A stretch of DNA of 63,786 nt, filler included, from Reticulomyxa filosa (taxonomy: Eukaryota > Protista > Foraminifera): NCBI GenBank assembly GCA_000512085.1. It is 13 parts of 13 records of this genome, joined end to end, with 100 filler letters (N's around TTAATTAATTAA, not from the genome) between each part and the next. Parts side by side here need not be neighbours in the genome. Positions count along the whole stretch, not along the records: positions 1 to 27,739 come from ASPP01036605.1; 12 more parts are not named here. One strand, 5' to 3'. Shown here piece by piece: positions 1 through 12,915 of this stretch. The notes under the pieces are model-generated. The model did no database searches. It was not told the DNA's origin and saw only the letters and a program-made list of their open reading frames with translations. Each line of letters opens with the position of its first letter. Within the stretch, counting starts at the first letter, position 1. Position numbers and translations under genes: made by a program.

Positions 1-1511
1 AAATTTCACTTGACGCCTCTTTAAAATATATTAGCATTATACAAGATGAAAAGTAAATAGACAAACGTTAAAAATCTGTGGGCGTTGGAAAATATTTTGC
101 GAAGCCAAAAGTATGACCAAGATATGCTGCAAAAAAAAATTTGCAGTTTTTTAATATTTGCAACGAAATTTGTTCATATTAAAAACAATTAAATAATTTT
201 TGAGCTGTGTACACACGTTCTTTTTTTTAAGTTGGTTGAAACGATTACTTCAGCTGACATCCCCAAGCTTTCATATGCTTTAGCAACAAAACTTCGGTCA
301 ACAGGTAAGTAATTGCAATATGGTTTATAATACATAATATATTTGAGCAAACGAGAATTCACACCGTAATTGTATTGGTATTTTTACAATGAAAAAAGTA
401 AAGCTAATCCCTTCTTCCTAGGTCTTTCTTGTTTTTGGAAGACTCAATTTTTGTTTTCATACGAAGGGGTTCGACATAGGAATTGACTATTTCGGCTTTT
501 CAAAATGTATACAACGTATATGCTTCCATACGCCTTTATTTTGCTCAAGTCAATCAAACTCAACAAAAAAAACTTTCTCGGAAAAAGCAATAATGTCGAT
601 TGCAAAAAGAAAAGGGACGGAAAGAAGTTTTAAAAGTGACACATATCCGCCTAGAAAGGTGAGTTAATACATATTGGATAAATTTGATAAGTATTTCTGG
701 CAATGCATAAATACGAGTAAGCATTATTTGCGAGTGTCTCAATAGTCAATTTTCAGCTCCTCATAAATCAAGATTAGTCATATAAAAACTTTCCGACCAG
801 AATATCATAAATCGGACTATGTTGTCTTTTGAGCGAGAATATATGAAATATATACTTGTGGGAGTGTGCTGCCGATGAAATATTACACTAAATGTAATAC
901 GAAAGGTTAATTAGCTCTTTTAAGCAAGTATCAACGAAAAAGATTAAATAAAGAAAAGGAAAACAAATGTGTGGAAATGAGTACACCGAAACACCAGATT
1001 AAAACGAGAAAAGAAAACACTGGTGAGTGAAAAGTGTTAGGAAAAGTTTAACCCACCAGGAGCTCACCAGCCCATTTAACGATTCTATCTATGTACGAGC
1101 TTCTCCTACATACTAATATCATTTGTGAGTGGTAACTTATACAGATTTAAGTTGTCTCATAAGCCACTTAAACTTATTTATCATCTTTTGATTCAGTTAT
1201 TTTCATCCAATCTTTGTTAAACCATAATTTGTGCGTGTAACATATAATTATTTTCTAAATAGGCAAACTCGTCACCTGTTAACTGTCTTCTTTTTCATCA
1301 CTATTCTGCAAATAATCATATCTTATAATTTGCTGACAAATGAACTGTTTTGCTGTCCTTTAAAAAATTCAGAGTCTACCTTGAATTACGAGTTATTTTT
1401 AAGTTGAACATTTTAAAACTTTATCTGTATTTCTAGTTTGGTGTCTGCTAACCACTGATTATAAACGTCCAAAAAAAACTCTAAAAAAAGAGATTATGTA
1501 CAACAAAAGTT

Positions 1512-3019
1512 TTAAGCAAGCTTCTGTTTTGTCTCTTTCAAAGCACTTCGAATAATGTCAAGTGCTTGGTGAATTTCCTTCTCATTAATGATCAAAGGTG
1601 GTGCTAATCGGATGATATATTCATGTGTTGGTTTAGCCAACAAACCACGATCTTTCATTAACATACACACTTCCCACGCATTCAAATTTTTGGCTTCATT
1701 GGTAACAATTTCAATTGCGCAAAACAGTCCTTGTCCTCTAACAGTTGTGACAATGTCAGGGAACTCTTGTTTCAATTCCTTTAATCCTTTCAATAAAAGT
1801 TCACCCATTTTGGTGCTGTTTTGCGGCATCTTTTCCTCTCTCAACACAGACAAAGCAGTCATGGCAACTTTGCATGCCAATGGATTTCCTCCGTAAGTAC
1901 TGCCATGAGTTCCCGGAGTCAACACGCCAATGACATCGTCTCTTCCACAGACCGCGCTAATCGGATAAAGTCCACCAGAAAGAGCTTTTCCCAAAGTGAT
2001 CATATCCGCTCGAACATTGAACACACCCTCACCGCACAGCATGGCACCACAACGGCCCAGCCCAGCTTGCACTTCATCACAGATCAAAAGAATGTTATGT
2101 TCATCACACAATTTTCGCACTTGAGTCAAGTAATCCTTGTCCGGGATGACTACCCCTGCTTCTCCTACAACAACGTATACAACATACAGTGTCACAGTCC
2201 CAAACTATATATACATACATTTTGAAAATAAATGCGTAAGTATACTTATGAACATTTACAGATTTATTTATTTGTTTGTTAATTTATTTGTTATATCCAA
2301 AAAAAAAACAAAACAAAACCTTGAATTGGTTCCAACATCACAGCCGCAATTTTTTCACCACCGTGTTGTTTGACGGCTTTTCGCATTGCGTCAATGTCAC
2401 TGTACTTGACTTTGACAAAGTTGGGGACAAATGGCCCGTAGTTGGTATAACTGTCAGGATCCGTGCTTGCGCTCACTGCAGCAATGCTTCGTCCCCAAAA
2501 ATTGTTTTCCGCAAAAATGACAATGGCCTCATTGCTTTTCACGCCTTTCTTCTCGTAGGCCCATCGTCGAGCAATCTTCACACTCGATTCACATGCCTCC
2601 ACACCAGTATTCATCGGCAATACTCGGTCATACTTGAAAAAATTCGTCACAAATTGACAATACTCACCCAACACGTCGTTGTAAAATGCTCGGCTGGTCA
2701 ATGTCAATTTCTGCGACTGTTCTATCAGTGTGTTCACAATTTTCTCATGGCAATGGCCTTGATTCACTGCACTATACGCGCTCAAAAAATCAAAATATTT
2801 CTTGTTGTCCACGTCGTATACGTATACTCCTTTACCGCGGGATATTACCGCCGGAATGGGGTGATAGTTGTGCGCACCAAATTTTGTTTCCAAATCCATT
2901 GCCTTTTTTGCCTTCGAGCTTATTTTCGAGCTCACTGCTGATGCCGTAAACCTACGACGCAGCAAAAATGAATATGAAGGGCATTTTAACGACAATATAC
3001 GTAATATGCGCCGAGACAT
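1512..3019 (-). CDS. OAT: Ornithine aminotransferase, mitochondrial; 2 exons (3019-2320, 2164-1512), about 450 aa
   Basis: Motifs GAHNYHP, DFLSAYSAVNQGHCH, PMNTGVEA, FWGRSIAA, EPIQG|EAGV, DEVQAGLGRCG, PLP lysine in LGKALSGG, HGSTYGGNP. The GT-AG intron 2165-2319 joins EPIQ-GEAG in frame. Arg/Ser-rich N-terminus resembles a transit peptide. Confidence 0.96.
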
Positions 3020-3249
3020 GATCGAAAGTTTTTTTTTTACTTAAAAAAAATCTTGTACCAATTGTTTTGTTTGTAGAAACACTGTGAATTACTTGGCAAA
3101 AAACTGATTTACCGCATAAATTGCCTTTATAATCAAAATTAATTAGTGTTGGCATTGTTCGCTTAAAAGGTTAAGTTTTTTTTAGTGTGGCAAAAGCTAC
3201 AGATTCGTCTTGGCTCAATCAAGTCAAGTCAGCAACCGTTAGAATAATT

Positions 3250-4752
3250 ATGGCTAGTATGAATGAAAAAACACATGAAAACATAGCAAAAGACAGTACT
3301 AAAAAAATTAGCGTGCTTAGAGTTGCGAACGAACGCTATTTACTGGGTGCCAAAGTTGGAAACGGAAGCTTTGGAGTGTTGTATGAAGGCAAGGATGAAG
3401 TAACAGGAGAGACAGTAGCAATAAAAATGGAAAAATGTTCTACCAGCTATCCACAACTGCCGATCGAATACAAAATCTACAGTGGTTTGAAAGGATCTAC
3501 AGGGGTACCCGCAGCAAGATGGTACGGAAAAGAGGGCGACTACAACATTTTAGTGATGGATATGTTGGGGCCAAGTTTGGAAGATTTATTCGTGTTTTGC
3601 AACCGAAGGTTTTCATTAAAGACGATATGTATGCTGGCGATTCAAATGGTAAACAGAAATTTGTATTTCATTTTTAGGGCCAGTCATTTGAAAAAAATTA
3701 AACACAAAAAAACAGTTGAAACAAATCGAAACAGTCCACTCACATAATCTGATCCACAGAGATCTCAAGCCAGAAAATTTTTTAATTGGATTGAATGAAC
3801 ATTTCAATACAGTTCTGTGTTGTTTATTTGTACCTTCTTGCAAAAAAAAACGGAGTGGTTTTTTTTGGATCATTAGGTTTTTGTAATTGATTTTGGCCTA
3901 GCGAAACGATACATGTTAAAGACGAAAAAACACATTCCCCTGATTTGTGGAAAATCACTGACAGGAACGGCCCGTTTTGCAAGCATCAACACACATTTGG
4001 GATACGAGCAATCACGCAGAGACGATCTTGAGACAATAGGCTATGTGCTTTTGTACTTCAAAAGAGGAAGTCTCCCTTGGCAAGGAATAACAGTTCGCAT
4101 CACTTATTTATCTATTTTTTTCTCTTTTTGTATTACACTTTTTTTTTTTTTGATTGGGTGCGAAGTGATCATCTCTTCAAAAACAAAAAGGGTAAAACGA
4201 AAGACACAAAATACCGCCGAATTCGAATGTTAAAAGAGATAACAGGCATTGAAGATTTGTGTGCTGGCCTACCAGAAGAATTTATAACGTATATGAAATA
4301 TTGCCGAAATTTGAGATTTGAAGAAAAGCCAAAGTACGCCTATCTACGTAACTTGTTTAGGGCTGTGTTCAAGAAAAATAAATTAAAAAACGACGGGCGT
4401 TATGACTGGACAGAGAAGTTCTTCAAAAAGGTATAGATTTTTTTGGGTTGTTTTCGAAGAAAAAATTACTCTAATCCTTTTATACTGAGCTGCATCATAC
4501 ACATTATAGAATGCTAACTTTTCTCCTGATACTATCCAATTACCTAGGCAATTTGAAACAAAAACAGAAAAAGCAGATGCACCAACAGAAAAAAATTCGC
4601 ATTCAAGCAGAGATAATGGAGGCTATGACTCGAGCTTATATCCAATTAATGACTATCCAAAAAAACACAAAAAACACCAGAAAAAAGCACTTGACTCTGA
4701 ACCGGATCATACAGCCCCAAATGAGTTCCTTCTTAGTCTTAAAGGGTTATAG
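3250..4752 (+). CDS. CK1: Casein kinase 1 family Ser/Thr kinase; 5 exons (3250-3648, 3716-3811, 3877-4092, 4191-4430, 4510-4752)
   Basis: [22 protein letters not shown]-type motif ([10 protein letters not shown]), [41 protein letters not shown]. All introns are GT-AG and keep frame. Confidence 0.95.
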
Positions 4753-5263
4753 CAATCTACTTTGGAAGAATGATAAATTAATAAAAAATAAAATAATAAA
4801 AGGGAAAAAAAGCATAAAATTACTATTTTTCGCAGACAAATCTGCACAAACAGGTGTTTACACCTTTGTGCTGAAGAGATATGCATTGCGTTCTTTTGAA
4901 TTAGTTGCAATTTTTGTGAACTCCAGAACTGCAGCGACTTTATCATTATGTTTAATTTTTCGTTTATTGTTAACATTTTTTTTGTGAACATCATAAGTTT
5001 TATTGGTCTCTTTTATTACTTTTTGGGGCTACCTTCACCAAAAAGATTTTACAGAACCACAATGAGATGTTGGGCATTTGTTTTATTGTAAAGTAAATTT
5101 GTATCAAAAACTTTTTCTTTGATATTCTCAAAGAAAATTATTGTGCAAAGTGTACATAACTTTTATTGCCAATGGAAATTTTGTAATTCTTAGCTCATAA
5201 CTCAGCAAGTCCAGCAAAAAATTTGTTTCTGTGCTCAGTGGTTGCTAAGAGCAAAAAGAAAAT

Positions 5264-7783
5264 ATGACACAAGAAAAAGACGAATTCAAAAGCAATTCTC
5301 AACAGCTCAGCAAAAACGAAGTTGTTCTTGACGCTAAGTTTATTGCTCTCTTCGGTTGTAGTTCACTTTGTTATTACAAAATAAAACATGGGAAAATAGT
5401 GCTCTTGTTCCGGAAATCAATGACACAAATAATACCAGTAATCGAACATTAGGCCTGGTTCCTGAAAGTGAGCATATGGGTGAAGTTGAGAGCCCAACAC
5501 TAAGTTCAAACACGGGTACAGACTCAACTAAAAGGACAGTCCATCCACCCCTTGCAATTAGCTCTCTAAGGAACAACTATTGGGCTAAAAGCATAGTTAT
5601 GCATTATTTTCTCTTGCTTTCCTTTGTACAAAGTTCGACCCCATTGCAATACTAACTCAATATCTAGGATAAAATGCTGATCAGTTCTTGGTACCGATGC
5701 ATTTACTTTGCAATAATTATGCTATCAATATGTTTGTACGATGCCAGTCTAGCGTTTTTAGCAAAATCTTCAGATTGTTTAATAAACATATTTTTGGTGT
5801 TAGCACTTGCATTTTTGGTAATCGATATTCTTTTGCAGACTATTGCGCACAAAACATATTTATTGGCATTTCCTTTTTTTACAGATTTATTTTCGGCTGT
5901 CAGTCTATTTATCGAAATCATTTTTTTTTGGAATTTAGGCAATTCTACTGCAGTTGATTTGAGAAAAAAAAATTATTGCTCTGTTTTCTTTTCTGCAGCT
6001 GTACCGATTCACTAATGTATTTTTTGGGGGGAGAAAGACACGATGGACAAGCATTTATGGCAAGAGCTATGTCCGCTCAGCTACATTGCTTCGATTTTTA
6101 AGAATGTTAATGTGGATACGAAGTGCACGGTTTGTTCGCGTCAGTAGGTTGCTGCAAACAAGACCAGAAAATAATACAACCGAACAACTACAGCAATCCA
6201 ACAAAGAAAATGGTAAAAAAAACAATGATTAGAAAAGTACTGAGACGAGAAAACAACGTGTGTTTTTACAATTGTTTGTTACAATAATAAAAGATAACAC
6301 AAAACCAGAGCCTAATAACAAGGTACAAAATACGGAGAACAGTGGCAAAATCAGTACCAAGCTTGTAGACAATATTTCTCGTCATGTATTAATAGTTTTG
6401 TTGCTAATCATTATGATAACTTCCATTTTAACTACTTTACAATTGCAATCTTATTCTGTATTTGATTATGCGGTTGAAGAACTGGAAGTTCAATATGAAA
6501 AGTACGGGGGGCTAGCACGGCTTTGAGTACAATGATCGATATACTTATTGCAAAGCATCCTGGTTTTCTTTCCTCTACTTTGTTTTATTTTTTTAAAACG
6601 CATTATTGTTTGGATAGAACTAAAAACGCTGAAAGTTGGGATGATCACGTATGCACAAGAGAGTACGCGGAAATTGCGTGCAACTGAAATACTGCAATGG
6701 GAATCTTCAAATGTTTCAATAGAGATTAGTATTAAAAAAGACACCCAGTTAGAACATGCAATGTCATTCGGGTTTTCAATTATAATGATATTAGTATTTT
6801 CTATGTTATTTACAAGAATTAACAGAACAATTCAAAATTTGATAATGTCACCATTAGAAAAGATGGTACGACTGATCGAAGAGTTGACACAACACTTGTG
6901 CTTATTAGGTGAAAATAAAGAAGAACAAAAATTTCTATACACCAACTTGTTTGAGACCGAAGTAATTGAACGAACTATTGAGACATTGTCCAAAATTTTT
7001 GCATCCATTCTAAGCTCCAAAGATCAATTTGATGATATAAAAATTCAGGACGATATCTCAGATACAAACCCAAGAAAAATAAGTGCATATGAACCATTAG
7101 ATGACAACACAAAGCATGCACAAGCGCTAGCCTTGATTGCACAAAAAAGAAAAACGTCCACTCAGTCTCGTGAGTCAATCATTCGTTTTAATGTTCGTCA
7201 AGAAAATGTAATTGAGGCACGGATCCAAGAACAAATTAGTGTGTTAGAAAATTCTTCTGATTTAACATCATTTCAAATCAAACTGGAACATTTCCCTGAG
7301 CTAAAAAATATTGAGGTAAGCTGGATTATAAAAATATTTGAGTCTTCAATCATCTTGAATGTTTTTATTATACTATGACTTAAAAAAAAAAAGGCGACTC
7401 TGGCTCATTCAGTAGCAACAGAATATTTCAAACTGTTTTGCCGACAGCAAATGGCAGAGGAAGCATATCATTTTGTAAAAGGTGTTAATAAATATCGAGA
7501 GCACGTCAAACAACACTTTGAAAAAATTTTGAAAACATACATTTTTGATAATTCTTATTCCTGCATTGGAGTTTCTCAAAGAGAACAAAATGAATTAAGG
7601 AAACATCTATCAGACATGAGTATATACGCCAACAGTTTTGATGCATTAACTATGGACGCGCTGAATGTCCTCCATTCCCAAGTATTTGGATCTTTCCTTA
7701 AATCCAAATATGCTTTAGCTTACATTATTTCTCAGCCGCAAAATAGAAAGAGATTTTCACATTTATTTTTATTAAGTCAGTAG
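5264..7783 (+). CDS. 6TM membrane protein with S1-S4 voltage-sensor-like domain, HAMP-like linker and C-terminal RGS domain; exons approx. 5264-5320, 5362-5595, 5668-5952, 6038-6212, 6294-6562, 6618-7315, 7394-7783
   Basis: S2 FLVIDILL, S3 FFTDLFSAVSL and S4 LLRFLRMLMWIRSARFVRVSRLL (exon 6038-6212), then two more TM helices and LIMSPLEKMVRLIEEL...ETEVIERTI. RGS signature: ATEYFKLFCRQQMAEEAYHFVKGVNKY...ILKTYI...IGVS...SFDAL...LHSQVFGSFLKSKY. The model needs a one-base correction in the G6 run at 6506-6511. The first exon is the least certain. Confidence 0.8.
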
Positions 7784-8316
7784 TTTGTTTTATATTGAAT
7801 GGATACAGTTGATCTCAATATATGCTGTTTTTTTTCAAAAAAGCACTTATTTAATTGATAAAGATCATTGTGCTTTTTTAATGTTTCTTTAGGCCACATT
7901 GTTTTTGTTTCAATTTGTGGAAGTGTTTCATCAATTTTACTTAGTGTTCCATTAATATCACTATTAAAGAAGAATTATTACAATTTTTATTGTACTATTT
8001 TCTTTTTTATAAAGAGATTGATTACGTACTGTATTTATATAGAACCAGTTCAGTGAATTTGAAGGATTGATCAAAGTTAAAACACAAAACTGTACAGCAA
8101 GTAATAACTAAAATCAATTATTTCAGAAAGTGCAATTAAAACTTGACGCTTGAAAATGATCCTTTTAATGAATTCAACGCGTTATATGTGTTCGTAGTAA
8201 AGAATTTGCTTAATAACAGAAAAAATTAATAAATAAAATTGAAATGATTTTTTTAGACACAAGTGAAAGAACGCAAGATTCGTTGTGGGTAAGGCAAAAA
8301 AAAAATCTAGTGGAAC

Positions 8317-11086
8317 ATGGCGAAATTAGAACATATTGATAATGATTTCAGCCACAAACAGAGGCAAGAGACATCTAGTATGGCCTCTAGTCTTTCTCTT
8401 TATAGTTGCAACGACAAAGGATTTATGGAGTTTAGCGATCAATTGGTGATTGACAAGCGTTACAAGCTGCAGAAGCCAAAAGGGGTGGACGAGCTCGAAC
8501 TCGATCACGGGAAAGGTCGTTACGGGTCTGTATATTGTGCGTATGATACCGAAGAAAAAAATTACAAAGCCATTAAAATATTGAAGTTGCCTGAAAAAGA
8601 CGGTGACGACGTTACGAATGACAATAGCAACTTGTTTTTTTTTTTTTTGTGTGTGCAAATATAAATATAAATATGAATACATCATATATGTGCATATACA
8701 TATATATATATATATATCAGACTTATATCCATCGTGAATTGCGAGTGCTAAAACGGATAAGTAGTAATCATTTAGGTGAAAAGGACAATCCGAAGATCAA
8801 CTGCCCCTTTGTAATCGAACTGTTGGGATATGGGTGGTATAAACGCCATTGTTATTTTGTATTTAATTATTTCGAAGTGACATTGCAACAGCACCTCGAC
8901 TACATTTTGCAGCTGAATTTGGAAAGCGTGGAAAAACTCAAACAACTCAATAAAAAAAGTAAAAGCTGGGGGCAAAAGTCCGACCAATGCCATTCATTCC
9001 AAATTTCTCAAACAAGACAACCATCGCAACACAAATAACAATAACAACAGCCGTAATCATAGCAACAATAACAAGAGCAGTCATTACAATTTTCAAAAAA
9101 TGGAAAAGCTTATTCACATTTACAAAAATGTCGTCATGCATCCGTTTGACGTGTGGATTGTGTTTTTTCAATTACTGCATGCTCTCGCTTGTTCAGTTTC
9201 TTTATATACAAAAAAAAAAAAAAAAGTATACGTATTCATCATATTTACGCGTTTTTGTCCTGTCAAAAAAAAAAAAAAAGGGGGAACATTTCGGGAAGGG
9301 GGGGGAAGAGAAAAAAAAAGTGTGATTCAAGTGAAAGCTTCTCCTACCTCCCCCCCTCCTTTTCTTCCTCTTTTGTCTTTTATTTTATTAAAATGAATTG
9401 ATTTTAAAGTGTACGCGTGTGCGAATGTGTACATATGTATATTAAATATATATACATATACACATACATATTTATAAGTATGTATGTATGTATGGGAATG
9501 ACATTAGATATCCATAACATTTGCAAGGTGATGCATTTGGACTTGAAGCCGAACAATATAATGATAAACAATTACAAAGTGGCGAAAATCAGCAGCGGTG
9601 ACCAGTACACACTAATAAAACTGGTGAACCCTCGAGTGACGCTGATCGACTTTAGCGTGAGCACAAAGATGGCGAGAGATGTGGACTTGGACGACTACGC
9701 GTGCCGCGGGTACTATGGGACACGAAGATATCGCGCGCCGGAGATGATTTTCGGAGGAGCGTGGAACCGGTCCATTGACACGTTCGGGTTGGCGTTGATC
9801 GTGTTGGAATGTATTCAATTGGCGCCATTGTTCGAAAACAAGTATTATGACCAAGACGGACGTCGTTTTGAGCAGCTGAAAGACAGCAAAGGGAGAAAGA
9901 CGTACGAGCCAAGAGAGGTCATTGACTATCTTATGCGAATGGCAAAGACCTGTTTGGGAAGGCCATCTCATCAATTCGTCAATTGTGTCGACAAGCAATT
10001 TCAGCCACTTCTTAAAGACACTGTCACTATACCTGAGTTTATCGAATATCAAACAAAAAAAGGTCTATATTTAATAAGCATATTCCACTTGGTCTATCTT
10101 CTTCTTCTTCTTCTTCTTCTTCTTCTTCTTCTGCTACGACTTCTGCTTCTACTTTTTCTTCTTCTCCTACTTCACCTGCATCCTCATTCTCTCTGCCGAC
10201 CAAAGATGACCTCTCCAAGGCCGCCGCTAACTTAATTGGAAATCCGTATTACACGCCCACCATCTATGGCAATGAAGACATGGCCGAATATAGGCCGACG
10301 CTATCGCAGATCCATCAATCGCATTTGTACGTGTGGCCCAAGGAGTATGTGACGGGCACCTACTTCAAGGTCTACCAACCTTTCATTGATCGCAAAATGG
10401 TCTTTGACAGAGACGTCGCGCGCTTGAACCAAACCAAAATTGCTATCAACCAAATCCTGCGATGGAACCCCATTGATCGCTGGACTCCTGAACTCATTCT
10501 CCAAAACCATTTCCAACAGGACAAAGACTATTTGCTCTCCTGTCTCTTCACCAAAGAACAATTCGCTACGTTGCTTGACCATGGCTTCACTGATGATTTC
10601 ATCTATGGTGGTCACTATCCATCTTCCGTCTCTCAATCACATAAAACTATTGGTATATATGTACATATATATATATATATTTCTTTTCTTTTCTTTTAGT
10701 TTATTTGATATATGCATATGTAAATATATGTACATATGCATATGTAATAAATAGATCATAATAGCAGAGATGTATCTTCGATGCTGTCACAGGGCAAATG
10801 TGTTGGACGGAATGAAACAACGAAAAAAAAGATTGAAATTGAAAATGAAAATAAATATGAAAGAAATCATAACACGGTGTCACGTCCTCTTCAAATTATG
10901 AAAACCACAAAGAATATTGTCACCACACAAACTTCGAAGGGTGCTCACGTGGGTGACAAAAGTCAAACAGCCACTCCACAAGCTACTAATGCTGGTCTGT
11001 TGAGTGCTCATTTCAACAAAATGACCTTAAAACCAACGCCAGTATCCAAAGTCACTGCTCACACCATTGCTGGGCAGTCCAAATAA
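8317..11086 (+). CDS. Divergent CMGC (CLK/DYRK-like) protein kinase with Asn-rich and poly-Ser inserts; introns approx. 8611-8720, 9191-9507, 10652-10754
   Basis: GKGRYGSV, KAIKI, HLDLKPNNI, LIDFS, GTRRYRAPE, WNRSIDTFGL, LRWNPIDRWT. Two apparent frameshifts in A7 runs (8952-8958, 10055-10061). Confidence 0.82.
10097..10132 (+). repeat. (TCT)12 microsatellite encoding poly-Ser in the kinase
   Basis: Read directly. The ORF track shows it off-frame as poly-Leu. Confidence 0.9.
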
Positions 11087-11563
11087 CCGTGTTTGTCTTC
11101 CGTTTGTTTGTTGTGCTTTTTGTTGTGTTGTGTCTCGGTTGTGCAAGGAAACATAGAACATACAATTTCATCACTTTAGTTTCTTTTTGTGCGTCATTAT
11201 TTTGTCCGAAATGTTCTATTTCCAATTTTACTTTGCTTTGCTTTTTTAAAAAAAGGGTAGGTGCTTGTAGGGTGGGATTGTTCAGTTTTAAAATCTTTTT
11301 GTTGTCTGTGTCTTCATTTTTTTGTTTGAATTTGAAAAAAAAAAAAGCTTGGGTTGATTGTAACTTTCTAATTTTTCAAAAAAAATTATTGACGTTTTCT
11401 TTCAAAATTAAGATCAATTTTTAATCTTCAAAATGTCAACTCTGAAAATTCTTGGATGAAAGAACCAATGAATATGTTTAATTTACTTTTTCATTGGAAA
11501 AGTGTCAATCCAATAATTTTCAATTTATTTGCTTTGTTCAGTAAGTGTGTGAATAAAGAAATA

Positions 11564-12173
11564 TTAAAAATGGATTATACTGTATCCACAAACCCAAAAC
11601 ATCTATTGATCCAACAACATAAAAACTTATATGATTAGTACTTTGGAGAACAATGAGAAGATAGTATTGAATAAATTCACGTAACTAAATAGGTGCCAAA
11701 ACCAGGCATAAGACCTTCCTTCAGCACATCTATTCGAGAGTAAACCTCTTCATCGGGACATAAATAATTTTTGTAATAGTCCAGTCCGACTAATGTCAGT
11801 ATAAAATATCTGCCATTTTTTTTGGAAAAACCAACTTTTTAAAGATCAGTTTTTTTCTAAAAAATAAAACATAAAAAAACGAAACGCGATGACAGCAAAC
11901 AACCCATAGAGTGGAATTAGAGCCCATATAATACCAATTATCATTGATACAAATTGACGAGCCCAATAGATGACGTCAGCTATGTCATCCTTTGTTTGAA
12001 AGGAAATTGTATTTTTCAGAAATTGCTGTAACCACTGGGAAACAAAAACAACTTACCTTTTCCCACTTATGGCCACTTGAAAACGCTCTCTCCCATTTAT
12101 TTATCTTTGATTTTGTTTCTGTAGGTTCTATCTTTGATTTGGATTTTTTTCTTTTTATCACTTTGGAGGACAT
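11564..12173 (-). CDS. RAB5IF: Rab5-interacting protein family (RAB5IF/OPTI) small ER membrane protein, 4 exons
   Basis: Spliced translation: WEK|DDIADVIYWARQFVSMIIGIIWALIPLYG...YYKNYLCPDEEVYSRIDVLKEGLMPGFGTYL|MFWVCGYSIIHF*. This matches the DVIYW.RQ...G.IW..IPL.G and KEG family pattern. Confidence 0.82.
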
Positions 12174-12915
12174 TTTTTTTGAGATGTCGACTGAACTTGA
12201 CACCTACTTTTCCTGAAAAATCAACAAACACGTAGACCACAAAAACACGCGCAACGTATATGTCAAAGTATTAAATTTATTTTTTGTTGACGCTACAGTG
12301 CACAAACCAAGAAATATTTCAATGTAATTTCCAATTTATATCCATAATAAAAAAAATTTTCAATATATCAATTCATAACGACTCACTATATACATTTGTT
12401 TGGAGTTACACTATACTGTGCTACAATTTCTAGCAAAACAATATTGTGTAAAATCCAAATTTCGATCCACTATATAATTACTAATCTTTCTTTCAAATAT
12501 CCATAACTATTTTTTACTATAATCATCATAAAAACACTTCATACAACAAACATCATAAATTTAAAATTAAAAATAAATAGATAACAAGATCATGTTTTAA
12601 AAAAATTAGAACTAGTGTTTATTTTTTGTGGAGAAAACTGATTATCTTCAAAATCATAACCTTATGAAAGTTATTGCAATTTAACCCTTAAAACATATAT
12701 CACAATAAGCAGTCAATTTTTCAGGAAATATTTTTTAATTTTTTTGTGCTTCTTAACTTTTCAGTGATTTTATTTTTCGTATTTGAGCTTCTCAAATAAT
12801 TTCAGTACGTTTTTTGGTCCGCTAGAAAAACGAACAAGTAAACGAATTTTTTGCGTTGATTTAGGGGTCCTTCTTTGATTATCTCCGCTTGGCTTGTGTG
12901 AATTCTGAAAAGTAG

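Noticed and set aside
1-310. Possible exon LVETITSADIPKLSYALATKLRST (231-304) with AG/GT borders
   Set aside because: Too short to assign, and upstream frames contain stops. No gene can be supported.
10097-10235. Poly-Leu 'transmembrane' tail in ORF 9417-10235
   Set aside because: It is an off-frame reading of the (TCT)n poly-Ser tract after a homopolymer frameshift. The kinase continues in the other frame.
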